20,000 nucleotides of DNA from an uncultured virus (IMG/VR IMGVR_UViG_2808606651_000002) (IMGVR_UViG_2808606651_000002), one strand, 5' to 3'. Shown: positions 1 through 9,278, counted from the stretch's first letter. Numbers and translations: made by a program. Notes: generated by a model not told the origin, from the letters alone.

Positions 1-435
1 AGCTTCTCTTAAATGTCCATAATAAGCATGTTTACCATTTCCCATATCTATTAGTACATAATTTCCACCTATACCAGTATAGGCTACTGCTTCTACTGTT
101 CCATCTGATATTGTATGTACACCTACTTTTTCAGAACTAAAATCTCTAAAATTAGTAGGCTGTACATCTATTCCTGTATGCCCTATACTTCCGTATAAAG
201 TTCCTATATTTTGTCTTGCCCAAGCTGTCAAACCGAATCCCTGCAATACCACATAATCCTCTGCGAAAATATGCCCACCTGCATTTATTGAACTTCCGTT
301 ACAATCTTTGTTATTTGTCATTGCTCCACCTATTGCAAATATTAAAACTACAGGCAATAATAAGAACAAAATAAAAAAAGGTAAACAACCTAACGCTACC
401 TTTCTTCCTGCTTTATTCTTTTTTTCATCTTCCAT
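1..435 (-). CDS. Conjugative cell-wall hydrolase with M23 peptidase domain (5' part; runs off the window)
   Basis: Hand translation from ATG at 435: MEDEKKNKAGRKVALGCLPFFILFLLLPVVLIFAIGG...GHTGIDVQ...SDGTVEAVAYTGIGGNYVLIDMGNGKHAYYGHLREA. N-terminal TM, HxGxD and YGHL M23 motifs, AAGGAG RBS at 444-449, no stop to position 1. Confidence 0.88.
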   Translation of the reverse strand, partial: MEDEKKNKAGRKVALGCLPFFILFLLLPVVLIFAIGGAMTNNKDCNGSSINAGGHIFAEDYVVLQGFGLTAWARQNIGTLYGSIGHTGIDVQPTNFRDFSSEKVGVHTISDGTVEAVAYTGIGGNYVLIDMGNGKHAYYGHLREA

Positions 436-458
436 TTTATCAACTCCTTTTCAATTTA

Positions 459-483
459 TGTTATAATATCTCTTACAAGGAGG
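459..483 (+). promoter_or_regulatory. Extended -10 promoter (TGnTATAAT) and RBS for the 491-1015 gene
   Basis: TG at 459-460, TATAAT at 462-467, AAGGAGG at 477-483, ATG at 491. Confidence 0.7.
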
Positions 484-490
484 TATTACT

Positions 491-1015
491 ATGTTAACCA
501 CTATAAAAGAAATTCTTAACACCAAAACCAATAATATTTTTCATAAATACATATATTTCAGTGCTATACTTTCAATATTTCTTTATTTTAATTTACTAAA
601 AATTGATTTAAGTTATTTAAAAAATTATTATGTTATAAATTTTATAAATGAAAATCATTATAAAATAATTGAACTTTACCTTTTTTCTCTCAAATTACTA
701 GGAATATTATTTTTATTTCATATACTAAAATATAAGATATATCCTATAATCTATATTTTCTATAAAGGTTCATTACATAACAATAATTCCATAGATGAAC
801 TAATTTATTTCTTTAGTAATTTAACTTCAAACATATTCTTTATTACATATCCTCTTTATAAAGTAAAAATACTTAATTTTAATTTTGATATTATACAAAT
901 ACTAAATAATCTTTCTTTTAATTTAGGAAGTATCTTTCTTTTTACAGGATTATCTATTTTATTAATTAATATTTGTATATATCTAATCAGCATATTTTTA
1001 CCTAATAAAAAATAA
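491..1015 (+). CDS. Hypothetical multi-pass membrane protein, opposite strand to the transfer operon
   Basis: 174 aa with about 4 hydrophobic segments, strong RBS and own promoter; family not recognised. Confidence 0.7.
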   Translation: MLTTIKEILNTKTNNIFHKYIYFSAILSIFLYFNLLKIDLSYLKNYYVINFINENHYKIIELYLFSLKLLGILFLFHILKYKIYPIIYIFYKGSLHNNNSIDELIYFFSNLTSNIFFITYPLYKVKILNFNFDIIQILNNLSFNLGSIFLFTGLSILLINICIYLISIFLPNKK

Positions 1016-1225
1016 TAATAACTTATATATAATTATCGCAATTAACACATAAAAAAAATAAGGAAAGTAATAATAATTTATAATTATACTTTCTTTTTTT
1101 ACTTTAATCATTGTTTTATTTTCTAACTTTTCTAATTCTTTTATCTTAAAATTCACTTTATCCTTTACCCTTATATAATAAAAATACAACAATGGAAACA
1201 ACACTATTAATATCACAATAAACAT
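998..1225 (-). CDS. Small hypothetical membrane protein (2 TM)
   Basis: 75 aa, hydrophobic N- and C-termini, GAGGT RBS upstream; 3' end overlaps the 491-1015 gene by 18 bp. Confidence 0.6.
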   Translation of the reverse strand: MFIVILIVLFPLLYFYYIRVKDKVNFKIKELEKLENKTMIKVKKESIIINYYYFPYFFYVLIAIIIYKLLLFFIR

Positions 1226-1252
1226 ATATACTACCTCACTTTTAATTTTGCT

Positions 1253-1612
1253 TTATTTTAAGAAATCCAATTTACTTAATTCTTTATTTAATTCTTCAAT
1301 AGAACAATTTATATTCATCACTAAATAATTTATCTTTTCAACATCTATTTTTACAAAATCTTTCACATAATTTATTGATTTATCATTAATAGGTAAAAAC
1401 ATTTGTTCAAAATCTACAGCTAATACTAAAGTTATTTTTTCTACTATACTAAGAGTAGGTGGAGTTAAACCTCCCTCATAATTTTGTATTGTTCTAAATG
1501 AAACACCTACTTTTTTTGCTAATTCTTTTTGTGTTAAGCCTAATTCTTTTCTTTTATTTCTCAAATTTCTTCTAAAATTTTGAGACATTTGACTATCAAT
1601 TTCTTTAAACAT
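1253..1612 (-). CDS. XRE/Cro-C1 family HTH transcriptional regulator
   Basis: LRNKRKELGLTQKELAKKVGVSFRTIQNYEGG..PT is a classic HTH_3 signature. Confidence 0.9.
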   Translation of the reverse strand: MFKEIDSQMSQNFRRNLRNKRKELGLTQKELAKKVGVSFRTIQNYEGGLTPPTLSIVEKITLVLAVDFEQMFLPINDKSINYVKDFVKIDVEKINYLVMNINCSIEELNKELSKLDFLK

Positions 1613-1626
1613 AATACATCACCTAT

Positions 1627-1971
1627 CTACCTTAAACTTCTCATTTCTTCTTTTATTTCTTCTACAGCATTATTTATAAGCAATAATAAAGAATCTATTT
1701 TATTTAATGTATCTATTGACTTTTTTCTACTATTCAATTCATTTATACCTAACATTCTATTTAAACTTATATTTAAAGCTATAGAAATTGATTCCATAAC
1801 TGCAGAGGTAGGTATAGTTTTTTTATTTTCATAATTTTGTATAGTTCTGACAGAAACTCCAACAATAGAAGCCAATTCTTTTTGAGATAAACTTAACTCT
1901 ACGCGTCTTTTTTTCATATTTTCACTAAAATTGTTAAGTAAAGCTGTGTAATTATATACTTGTTTTCCCAT
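1627..1971 (-). CDS. XRE/Cro-C1 family HTH transcriptional regulator (paralog of 1253-1612)
   Basis: MKKRRVELSLSQKELASIVGVSVRTIQNYENKKTIPT. Start probably the ATG at 1971 (AAAGTGGT RBS-like upstream) rather than the GTG at 1983. Confidence 0.88.
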   Translation of the reverse strand: MGKQVYNYTALLNNFSENMKKRRVELSLSQKELASIVGVSVRTIQNYENKKTIPTSAVMESISIALNISLNRMLGINELNSRKKSIDTLNKIDSLLLLINNAVEEIKEEMRSLR

Positions 1972-1988
1972 ATTAAAACCCACTTTCT

Positions 1989-2024
1989 AAAAACAGGATA
2001 ACTATTTCTAGCTATCCTGTTTTT
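1989..2024 (-). terminator. Intrinsic terminator-like hairpin overlapping the stop codon of the ConG-like gene
   Basis: Minus strand AAAAACAGGATAGCTA-GAAA-TAGTTATCCTGTTTTT: 16-bp stem (one G-U), GAAA tetraloop, U-run. Confidence 0.75.
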
Positions 2025-4008
2025 TTATTTCTGTTGCTTCTCTTGATAATTTTTCACTAAATTCAGCTTGTGATGTACGAACTGAATTATTAACCTCATT
2101 TTTTATACTATTTCTTTGTTCTGTTCTATGATTAATCTGTTCAGATGAATTATTAACTTGTCTATTACTTACATCAACTTGACTATTAGACAAATCACCA
2201 TTTCCTGAATAATCAAATTGATTATTAAATCTTTCTTTATTAATATTACTTTCTAAAGAACTATTATTATAACGACTAAAATTATCTGAACTTCTTTCTA
2301 AATTATCATTTCTCATAAAATTACTTTCTGAACGCTCTAAACTATTTGAACTATTACTTAAATAATCAGATTGACTTGTTCTATAATTATCATAATCATA
2401 ATTATTTCCTCTTGTCATATTTAAACTTTGATTATATTCTGTTTGTGGTGTGCGAACTGAATCGTTTATAACTTCTTTATTCATTATTCTTTGTTCTTCA
2501 TCTAAAACAGGCTGATTATTTAAAGAATTACCATTTACATTATTCTGATTATTACTTGTAACTTCTTGTGGTGTACGTTCTACTTCTTCATAATTATAAC
2601 GTTCTCGAACTTGTAGTGAATCTAGATTTTCTTCTGGTGCTTTATTTTCTTGATATGAATTTCCTTGTTTATTCATATCTTGATTTTCGCCACTCGATCC
2701 GCTGTTAAATATCGAACCATTAAATCTAGGTTTTTTCATCATTCCGTTAAGTGTTGACATTCCTATATTTCCTACTCCACCTGCTGAAAGAGTTGCTAAA
2801 ATCTGTTTTCTATTCTTCCACATTGCCACTAAAGATACTACAAGTAATATTGTTGATGTTGTATATATAGTTACTGGCGAAGCATTTGAACTCTCCATTA
2901 TTTTTCTAGTTAAATTCATCACTAATGATACCAATAATATTACTAACCCCAACATTGCCTTTATTGCATATAAACCAAATAAATTTTTAAATACACTTAT
3001 ATAACTCATTCTCATAAATGGTAAATAAGAAGCTAATAATGTAAATGGTACTATTAATATATAAAAAAGTATCTGTATCTGAATTATAAAATTAAAAAAC
3101 GCTATTACATTAAAAGGTAACATCAATATTAAATTCATAATTACAGATAAAAAAGATACTGTAAGTTTATGAGTAACTACTTCATCTGAAATATAATAAT
3201 TTTGTTTATCACTTAATTTATCATCTAACTTTTTCTTATCAGCAAATTCATATTTTTCTAAATACTCTTGTTCCTTTTCATTATCTCTTTTTACTAACAA
3301 ACTATCAATCCTACTTTTTCCATCTACACCTTTGAAATTAGGATTACTATTTACTTTTTCTTTATCTAACTCATTAAAATTTAAAAGTAAAAATGGTTGT
3401 TCTACTGCTTGCTTAAAAAACTTCTCCCTTAATACATCTTTACCATCTAATTTTTCATCACTTCCTAATAATTTATCTCCACTCGTCGCTATAGTCGACT
3501 GAACATCATTAGAAAACTCATTAGCACTATTAATTATACTGCTTGCATTAGTAATCCATAAAGTACATATCCCAATTAAAAGTACTAATTGAAACATATC
3601 TTTTACTCCTCGATGTGCAGATACCATATAACGCATACCTGCGACTACCGCACCAATAAAAAATAAAAGTACTCCATATTTACCAAATACATTATTGTAT
3701 ATAGTTGAAGATGTATCACCTAATAAATTTACAATACTATTTAATGCATCACTATCGTACAACATTTTTAAGAAAAAATCTGTAATACTCGCAACTACTT
3801 TAGCTATACTAAAAAAGAAATTAGCTAAATAATTCATCATTACAGAAGTATTTGCCCAAGTCCAATTACTATCATGCATATAACTTTTATATTGTTCTAA
3901 ACTATTATATTTATCATCAATACTTGAAGCATATACTACACTTATTGTAGAAAAAACAAATAATAATAAACTTATCATTATATATATTATCTTCCTCTTT
4001 TTCGTCAT
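2008..4008 (-). CDS. Polytopic T4SS membrane protein, ConG/TcpH/Orf15 (VirB6-like), with Asn/Ser-rich C-terminal tail
   Basis: Signal-like N-terminus, several TM clusters, F..AVEQPFLLLNF motif typical of the family, long polar tail; position in the conjugation module. Confidence 0.85.
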   Translation of the reverse strand: MTKKRKIIYIMISLLLFVFSTISVVYASSIDDKYNSLEQYKSYMHDSNWTWANTSVMMNYLANFFFSIAKVVASITDFFLKMLYDSDALNSIVNLLGDTSSTIYNNVFGKYGVLLFFIGAVVAGMRYMVSAHRGVKDMFQLVLLIGICTLWITNASSIINSANEFSNDVQSTIATSGDKLLGSDEKLDGKDVLREKFFKQAVEQPFLLLNFNELDKEKVNSNPNFKGVDGKSRIDSLLVKRDNEKEQEYLEKYEFADKKKLDDKLSDKQNYYISDEVVTHKLTVSFLSVIMNLILMLPFNVIAFFNFIIQIQILFYILIVPFTLLASYLPFMRMSYISVFKNLFGLYAIKAMLGLVILLVSLVMNLTRKIMESSNASPVTIYTTSTILLVVSLVAMWKNRKQILATLSAGGVGNIGMSTLNGMMKKPRFNGSIFNSGSSGENQDMNKQGNSYQENKAPEENLDSLQVRERYNYEEVERTPQEVTSNNQNNVNGNSLNNQPVLDEEQRIMNKEVINDSVRTPQTEYNQSLNMTRGNNYDYDNYRTSQSDYLSNSSNSLERSESNFMRNDNLERSSDNFSRYNNSSLESNINKERFNNQFDYSGNGDLSNSQVDVSNRQVNNSSEQINHRTEQRNSIKNEVNNSVRTSQAEFSEKLSREATEIKKQDS

Positions 4009-4028
4009 TTCTAACTCCTTTCATAAAT

Positions 4029-4057
4029 AAAAAAAGATAACATTTTTTGTTATCTTT
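4029..4057 (-). terminator. Intrinsic terminator after the lipoprotein gene
   Basis: AAAGATAACA (4033-4042) and TGTTATCTTT (4048-4057) form a perfect inverted repeat ending in a U-run on the minus strand. Confidence 0.7.
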
Positions 4058-4067
4058 CTTTAATAAT

Positions 4068-4439
4068 TTATTTAATATTTATCTCTTCATAAACAGGTTT
4101 AGATACAATTTCAGAAATTCGCTTATTCCAACCAGAACCAAACTCATCAACTTTACCATCTGTATCTCTTATAAAGTAAAATTCATAATTCTCACCTTTT
4201 TTTTCTTGAATAGCATATAATGTCTTTTTTCCTTGAACCGCACCTGCATTTACATCTACATTTTCATAAACCTTAATATTAACATTTTCTCTTTTGATTT
4301 GTTTAGATTCATCAACACCTTTATTTTCATAACTTATAACTTTATTTATATCACTATCATATTTTTTACTTGAACTTGAACAACCTACTATACTAATACT
4401 TAATATAATAGTTGCTAATATCATTAACAATTTTTTCAT
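4068..4439 (-). CDS. Lipoprotein, YddJ/DUF4467 cystatin-like; putative entry-exclusion protein
   Basis: Lipobox IVGC followed by KKYDSDINKVISYE...KRENVNIKVYEN, the pattern recalled for ICE-encoded DUF4467 lipoproteins; adjacent to the ConG homologue. Confidence 0.72.
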   Translation of the reverse strand: MKKLLMILATIILSISIVGCSSSSKKYDSDINKVISYENKGVDESKQIKRENVNIKVYENVDVNAGAVQGKKTLYAIQEKKGENYEFYFIRDTDGKVDEFGSGWNKRISEIVSKPVYEEINIK

Positions 4440-4471
4440 TATAAAAACACTCCTAATCTTTTTATAATGCC

Positions 4472-4500
4472 ATTATATCAATTATTAATGATATTTTCAA
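4472..4500 (-). promoter_or_regulatory. Near-consensus sigma-A promoter for the lipoprotein gene
   Basis: TTGAAA (4500-4495), 17-bp spacer, TATAAT (4477-4472), with TGn extension; AGGAG RBS downstream. Confidence 0.8.
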
Positions 4501-4502
4501 GT

Positions 4503-4694
4503 CTATACATTTTTATTTAAATGTTCCTTTATCCATATTATATAAAATACTAAAGTTAAAGCTAATACTAATAAAAATAATAAATTTATTAATTCTACAT
4601 TATATATATTATTAATTCTTTTTATTTCTAATACTGCACATATTAAAAATAAAAAATAACATATACTTACTAAATACAATTTTAAATTTTTCAT
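4503..4694 (-). CDS. Small 2-TM membrane protein
   Basis: 63 aa, two hydrophobic helices, starts 1 bp after the upstream stop. Confidence 0.7.
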   Translation of the reverse strand: MKNLKLYLVSICYFLFLICAVLEIKRINNIYNVELINLLFLLVLALTLVFYIIWIKEHLNKNV

Positions 4695-4695
4695 A

Positions 4696-4911
4696 TTATC
4701 TACCTTTATATTTTCGATATTTTTTAAAAATACTAAAAACTAATAAAATATAAATAAAAAACATTACTAATAATAAAACAAATAATAATGATAATCCTAT
4801 TCCATTTCCTGCAATATCATATACTATTTTTATTCTTGATATTCCTACCATTGTTGATAAAATATAAAATAAAGTTATTATTGTCAAAGCTATTTTTCCA
4901 TCTTTACTCAC
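4696..4911 (-). CDS. Small 2-TM membrane protein (GTG start)
   Basis: 71 aa, two hydrophobic helices and a basic tail, starts 1 bp after the coupling-protein stop, GAGGG RBS. Confidence 0.7.
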   Translation of the reverse strand: MSKDGKIALTIITLFYILSTMVGISRIKIVYDIAGNGIGLSLLFVLLLVMFFIYILLVFSIFKKYRKYKGR

Positions 4912-4912
4912 T

Positions 4913-6301
4913 TTACAACCCTCTTTCTTGTATCAATTCCATTATTTCCTGACCTACTAAATCACCATTTACTATATATGGTGATAAAAATACTTTAGGT
5001 CTATCAACCATTTCTTTTATTTGATAATATCCCGTTCCTTTTAATCCTATTTCTTTATATGCTGTATTTGTTTCGCCAAATATCATTTTATATCCGTCAT
5101 TTGACAAACTTCCTAACGCTATCCTTAATCCTAATTGATCTCTTACTTTTCCGTCGAGAACATCAGTATCAGGTCTTTGTGTTGCAAAAATTACAAATAC
5201 TCCTGCTTGTCGACCTTTTACAACAATGTTAGTAAGTTTTGACATTACTTCTTTTTTTTCTTTATTATCTAATACAGAAACAAAAGCTAATAATTCATCA
5301 AATATTAAAAAATATGGTTTAATTCCATAAGCTACATAATCCTCACCAAAATTATCTCCTGTAGATAACATTTCTTTATATCTATTATCCATTTCTAAAG
5401 TTACATCATCTAATAAATTTATTACATCTTCTTTTTCATATACTACTAAATTCTTTTTAGATACATAACCTAATTTTGTTAAATCGGATATTTTAGGGTC
5501 GATTATATTTAAATAATAACCTTTTTTTAATATTTCTTTTATCAAATAAAATATTAAATAAGATTTCCCTGTTCCTGTTCCACCAACTATTAAAGCGTGA
5601 GGACTTTTTCTAAACTCCCATATTACACTTTTCATTAATTTTAATTTATTATCTTCTACATTATCATCACTAAAATTTAATCTATCTTTTAATGAAAATT
5701 TAGATAATGTATATATTATAAATTCATCTATTACTTGTTTATCTTTCAATTCTATTTTAAATGTATATTCTAATTTTGTTTCTAACTCTAAAAATTCTTT
5801 TTGAAATTTTGAACCATCTAATCTAATATATATTTGAATTTCATTTTTATTTTGCTTTATGTAAAACTTCGGAAAATATAAATCTTTGTAACTTTCCCTG
5901 CTTTTCACCAAACCTTTTACATTAAAAATATCTTCTAATCCTTTGCTTACACTTGTATTAGACACTAATTGAGGTTTTATAAAATATCCTGACGTGAATA
6001 TTAATTCAGCTAGCTTTTGAATATTTCTTACTCGCTCTAATAAATTATTCAACAAAATGTAAGATACTAATATTACTGGTACTGATATTCCTATTGTTAA
6101 TAACAATATTTTCAACCAATCTTCTTTTAAATTAGATATATCTATATAGTAATTATAAATCACTACAGATAATACCAGCAGGAAAATTATTGTTATTAAT
6201 TCTCCTACTGTTCTTTGATATATCTTTTCATCATTTTTATCTATTTTATATGCTAAAGGTCTTTTAAAATATTTTATAAATAATTTTTCTTTCTTATTCA
6301 T
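4913..6301 (-). CDS. Type IV coupling protein, FtsK/SpoIIIE type (TcpA/ConQ/Orf21-like)
   Basis: Two N-terminal TMs, PHALIVGGTGTGKS Walker A, LIFDE Walker B, KGRQAG and TQRPD motifs. Confidence 0.93.
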   Translation of the reverse strand: MNKKEKLFIKYFKRPLAYKIDKNDEKIYQRTVGELITIIFLLVLSVVIYNYYIDISNLKEDWLKILLLTIGISVPVILVSYILLNNLLERVRNIQKLAELIFTSGYFIKPQLVSNTSVSKGLEDIFNVKGLVKSRESYKDLYFPKFYIKQNKNEIQIYIRLDGSKFQKEFLELETKLEYTFKIELKDKQVIDEFIIYTLSKFSLKDRLNFSDDNVEDNKLKLMKSVIWEFRKSPHALIVGGTGTGKSYLIFYLIKEILKKGYYLNIIDPKISDLTKLGYVSKKNLVVYEKEDVINLLDDVTLEMDNRYKEMLSTGDNFGEDYVAYGIKPYFLIFDELLAFVSVLDNKEKKEVMSKLTNIVVKGRQAGVFVIFATQRPDTDVLDGKVRDQLGLRIALGSLSNDGYKMIFGETNTAYKEIGLKGTGYYQIKEMVDRPKVFLSPYIVNGDLVGQEIMELIQERGL

Positions 6302-6303
6302 AA

Positions 6304-8793
6304 CTAAGCATACCTTTCTTCTGCATAAGCTACTTCTGATTTTTCTACAGTTTTAAATGCTTGTGTCCACTCACTAAATAATGAATGTACGCTTAATTTT
6401 GCTACTCGACCGTATATATCTTTAAATAAACATTGACCTTTTACCATATTTGATAAAATATCCATATTTACACTGTTATTTTCTAATCCTAAATGTTCTA
6501 ATATGTGTACTCTTTCTTGTTCTTCGTCAAATGCAAATATACTACCATAGTTACCTGCTATATTATTTTCATCTTTAATATCAAATACTGATTGAGTAAT
6601 AAATACTAAAGCATTATTCATACTTCTTCCTATACGTTCTAACGATTTTTTAGTTGCTCGTCCTATTTTACTTGTATTAAATGCCCATGCCTCATCTACA
6701 TAAATTATTGTTTCTTCATCTGGATTACTTCCAAATAAAGACATAAATTTTCCTAATACTTGCATTACTACTAAACTTTTTTCTTGTGAATCCGTATATG
6801 TATCTTTACTATCTTTAGCATCTGGTAAATCTAAACCATATACTTGTAATATTGTACTTTTATTATTTAATGATAATGTATTATTACTACCATCAAAGAA
6901 TAATAATTTTAACATTCCATTTTGTGTTTTTTCGTATAAATTGTCTCCTGCTTCAACTATTTCTACATCTTCATTTTCTTGCAATTCTTTTATAATATGC
7001 AAACTTCCAACTGTTTCACCTTGTTGTTTTAAATCTACTATTTTTCTAATTGCTTTTAAAAGTGCTGTTTCTATCTTTCTATCATTTGTTAAGTCTACCA
7101 CTTCATCAAACATTGCTTTTGTTAATTCTACTGCTTCTGCACCATCTAAAAATGTTACTGGGTCTAAAATTCCCCAATTTTCTTTTTTAGTATAATCTAT
7201 TGTTAAATATTTTATACTGCTTAAAAGTTTTGCAAATAACGGATATAATCTATTATTTTCTTCACTTTCAGTTATTCTACTAAACCACTTTTGCATTTCA
7301 CTTTTTGGGTCAAAATACAATGTTTTTACATCTAACATTAAACTTTGAATATATATTAATTTCGCTAAAAATGATTTTCCTTTTCCTGTTTTTCCTGTAA
7401 TTGCTATATGTGGTGAATCTGTTTTTGTTCCTGCAATACCTTTATTTGCTATCATAGGGTGAAATAACACTATATCCCTCGAAGCATGAATATTATCTTC
7501 TAATAATTTTGCCGATTTTGTAAATCTATCAATTCTTCCAAGATAAAATCCTATTTCCATTCCTAAACTTTGACCTACTCCAAATAATACTTCCGATAGT
7601 GCTTCTGTTGTAGTTGTTTGAATCCAATTTCTATACATTCCAAGTTCGCTACCTTGTAATAAAAGATAAAATAATTGTAATTGATCCGCAACTGGAGCTA
7701 TTACATTTATTTTTTGTCTTTTTAATTCTTTTTTCACAAGTCGAACTTGTCTTAATAATTCTTCTTTTCTAGTATTCGATAATGTTATCACTAATAACCA
7801 TTCAACAAAATTTTTAGATTGTGAATGTTCATTATCTATCCTATCCATTAAAAAATTATTTCTCATACTTTCATCTTTTAATTTTTCATTACTCATAAAT
7901 TCTTCTTTTACTTCATGAGCCTTTGAACGTATTTTATGTGATAATTTCATATCAAAAGTAGTTTTATCTACAGGCTTAAATTTTAAATCAACTTCTACAG
8001 GGTAACCTTGCGATTGTAAATTTTCAAAAATATGTAAATTATTCATTAAATAATCTGTACTTTCTAACACTAAATAACTTTTATAAATGGTTGTATCTTC
8101 TGTATCAATTTTTATAAGTCTTTTTTCTGTAGTATCTAATTCTGCATTTGCTATTTGATTACTACCTCTCAAAATACTTTCTTCATCTACATTATGATAC
8201 ACATTACCTAAAAAGTTATATCTTATTAAATAATTCAATTCATCTTCTGTACATCTTCTTATATCAAGTACCCTTAAACTATTAAATACACTTGCTTCTG
8301 CTTGTGTAAATTTATAAAAATACTCGTCTGTTACTTCTATTTCAAACCCTAATGAACTTGCTAATTTATCAGTAACACCACTTACAGCATTTTTAACTGT
8401 ATCTTTTATATCTTCCATTTCTGAATATATTCTATCTATCCTTACTCCGATATAAAATTCATATTTTGTTATTTGTCCTAATTCTCTTTCTAAAAGATTA
8501 ATAGCTTCTTTTCCATAATATTCAGCTACATCTTTATATCTAACATCATAATCATTAGCCAAAATATTAAGTCTTTCATCTAAATTCATATTTTTAGGTA
8601 ACATTTTTAAATGAATATCCTTAAATTTTATTACATCATCTAACAAACTTGTAAATCTACTTTTATATTCTTGTTTTTCATTTGTATTTGCCCTTGAAAT
8701 TATTTCAGGACTTATTTTATAATATGAATATATACTACCTGACTTTGTCAATAGTATATTTTGATATGTCCTTTTTAAAGGAAATTTAAACAT
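6304..8793 (-). CDS. VirB4-like conjugative ATPase (ConE/TcpF/Orf16-like)
   Basis: 829 aa, SPHIAITGKTGKGKS Walker A, FDPKSE, YVDEAW Walker B, RIGRSMNN..ITQS, GQCLFKDIYGR. Confidence 0.93.
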   Translation of the reverse strand: MFKFPLKRTYQNILLTKSGSIYSYYKISPEIISRANTNEKQEYKSRFTSLLDDVIKFKDIHLKMLPKNMNLDERLNILANDYDVRYKDVAEYYGKEAINLLERELGQITKYEFYIGVRIDRIYSEMEDIKDTVKNAVSGVTDKLASSLGFEIEVTDEYFYKFTQAEASVFNSLRVLDIRRCTEDELNYLIRYNFLGNVYHNVDEESILRGSNQIANAELDTTEKRLIKIDTEDTTIYKSYLVLESTDYLMNNLHIFENLQSQGYPVEVDLKFKPVDKTTFDMKLSHKIRSKAHEVKEEFMSNEKLKDESMRNNFLMDRIDNEHSQSKNFVEWLLVITLSNTRKEELLRQVRLVKKELKRQKINVIAPVADQLQLFYLLLQGSELGMYRNWIQTTTTEALSEVLFGVGQSLGMEIGFYLGRIDRFTKSAKLLEDNIHASRDIVLFHPMIANKGIAGTKTDSPHIAITGKTGKGKSFLAKLIYIQSLMLDVKTLYFDPKSEMQKWFSRITESEENNRLYPLFAKLLSSIKYLTIDYTKKENWGILDPVTFLDGAEAVELTKAMFDEVVDLTNDRKIETALLKAIRKIVDLKQQGETVGSLHIIKELQENEDVEIVEAGDNLYEKTQNGMLKLLFFDGSNNTLSLNNKSTILQVYGLDLPDAKDSKDTYTDSQEKSLVVMQVLGKFMSLFGSNPDEETIIYVDEAWAFNTSKIGRATKKSLERIGRSMNNALVFITQSVFDIKDENNIAGNYGSIFAFDEEQERVHILEHLGLENNSVNMDILSNMVKGQCLFKDIYGRVAKLSVHSLFSEWTQAFKTVEKSEVAYAEERYA

Positions 8794-8853
8794 TTATTTT
8801 CTCCTCTCTTTTGTAATAAAATATATTTCTCACGAAAAAAATTTTATTTTCAT

Positions 8854-8913
8854 AAAAAAAAGACCCTGATATATTATTCTAAACTTATATTTAAAATAAA
8901 ATATCTAGGGTCT
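8854..8913 (-). terminator. Long terminator-like hairpin between the TcpE-like and VirB4 genes
   Basis: AGACCCT (8861-8867) pairs with AGGGTCT (8907-8913), extended by GATAT/ATATC and an imperfect inner stem; U-run follows on the minus strand. Confidence 0.65.
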
Positions 8914-8915
8914 AT

Positions 8916-9278
8916 TTAATTAAATTTTATATGCTTGCTTCTATATTTAATTTCTTCATCAAAACTATATTTTTTGTTTTTCATATTAATTCCTATTTTC
9001 CATTTCAAATAATCATATAAATATATCACCATGCTTTTACCATCAACATTTATATTAATTATTGCCCATGTTATAAAAATAGGAAAACCATAATAAGCAT
9101 ATCCCATTACTTTTACCATTGGAATTATTCTATCCAATATGTAAAAAAGAAAAGCTATTACAAAAAAAATAGCGACTGTTACGACCCTAATTCCATTCCT
9201 TGATATTGTATATCCTTTTATTTGCCGAATTTTCATAGGTTCTTTTAATGCCTTTGTATAATTGTATAAACTTTTCAT
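8916..9278 (-). CDS. TcpE/ConD-family conjugal transfer membrane protein (VirB3-like)
   Basis: YNYTKALKEPMKIRQIKG N-terminus, two TMs, DGK..YLYD motif; directly upstream of VirB4. Confidence 0.85.
   Translation of the reverse strand: MKSLYNYTKALKEPMKIRQIKGYTISRNGIRVVTVAIFFVIAFLFYILDRIIPMVKVMGYAYYGFPIFITWAIININVDGKSMVIYLYDYLKWKIGINMKNKKYSFDEEIKYRSKHIKFN

Noticed and set aside
1580..1834. Plus-strand 84-aa ORF
   Set aside because: Antisense shadow of the two XRE genes, with no RBS.
1253..1983. XRE pair as a toxin-antitoxin module or prophage immunity switch
   Set aside because: Both are HTH proteins, co-directional, with no toxin or protease domain and no phage genes nearby.
6941..7195. Plus-strand 84-aa ORF
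   Set aside because: Lies fully antisense within VirB4; Ser-rich shadow composition.
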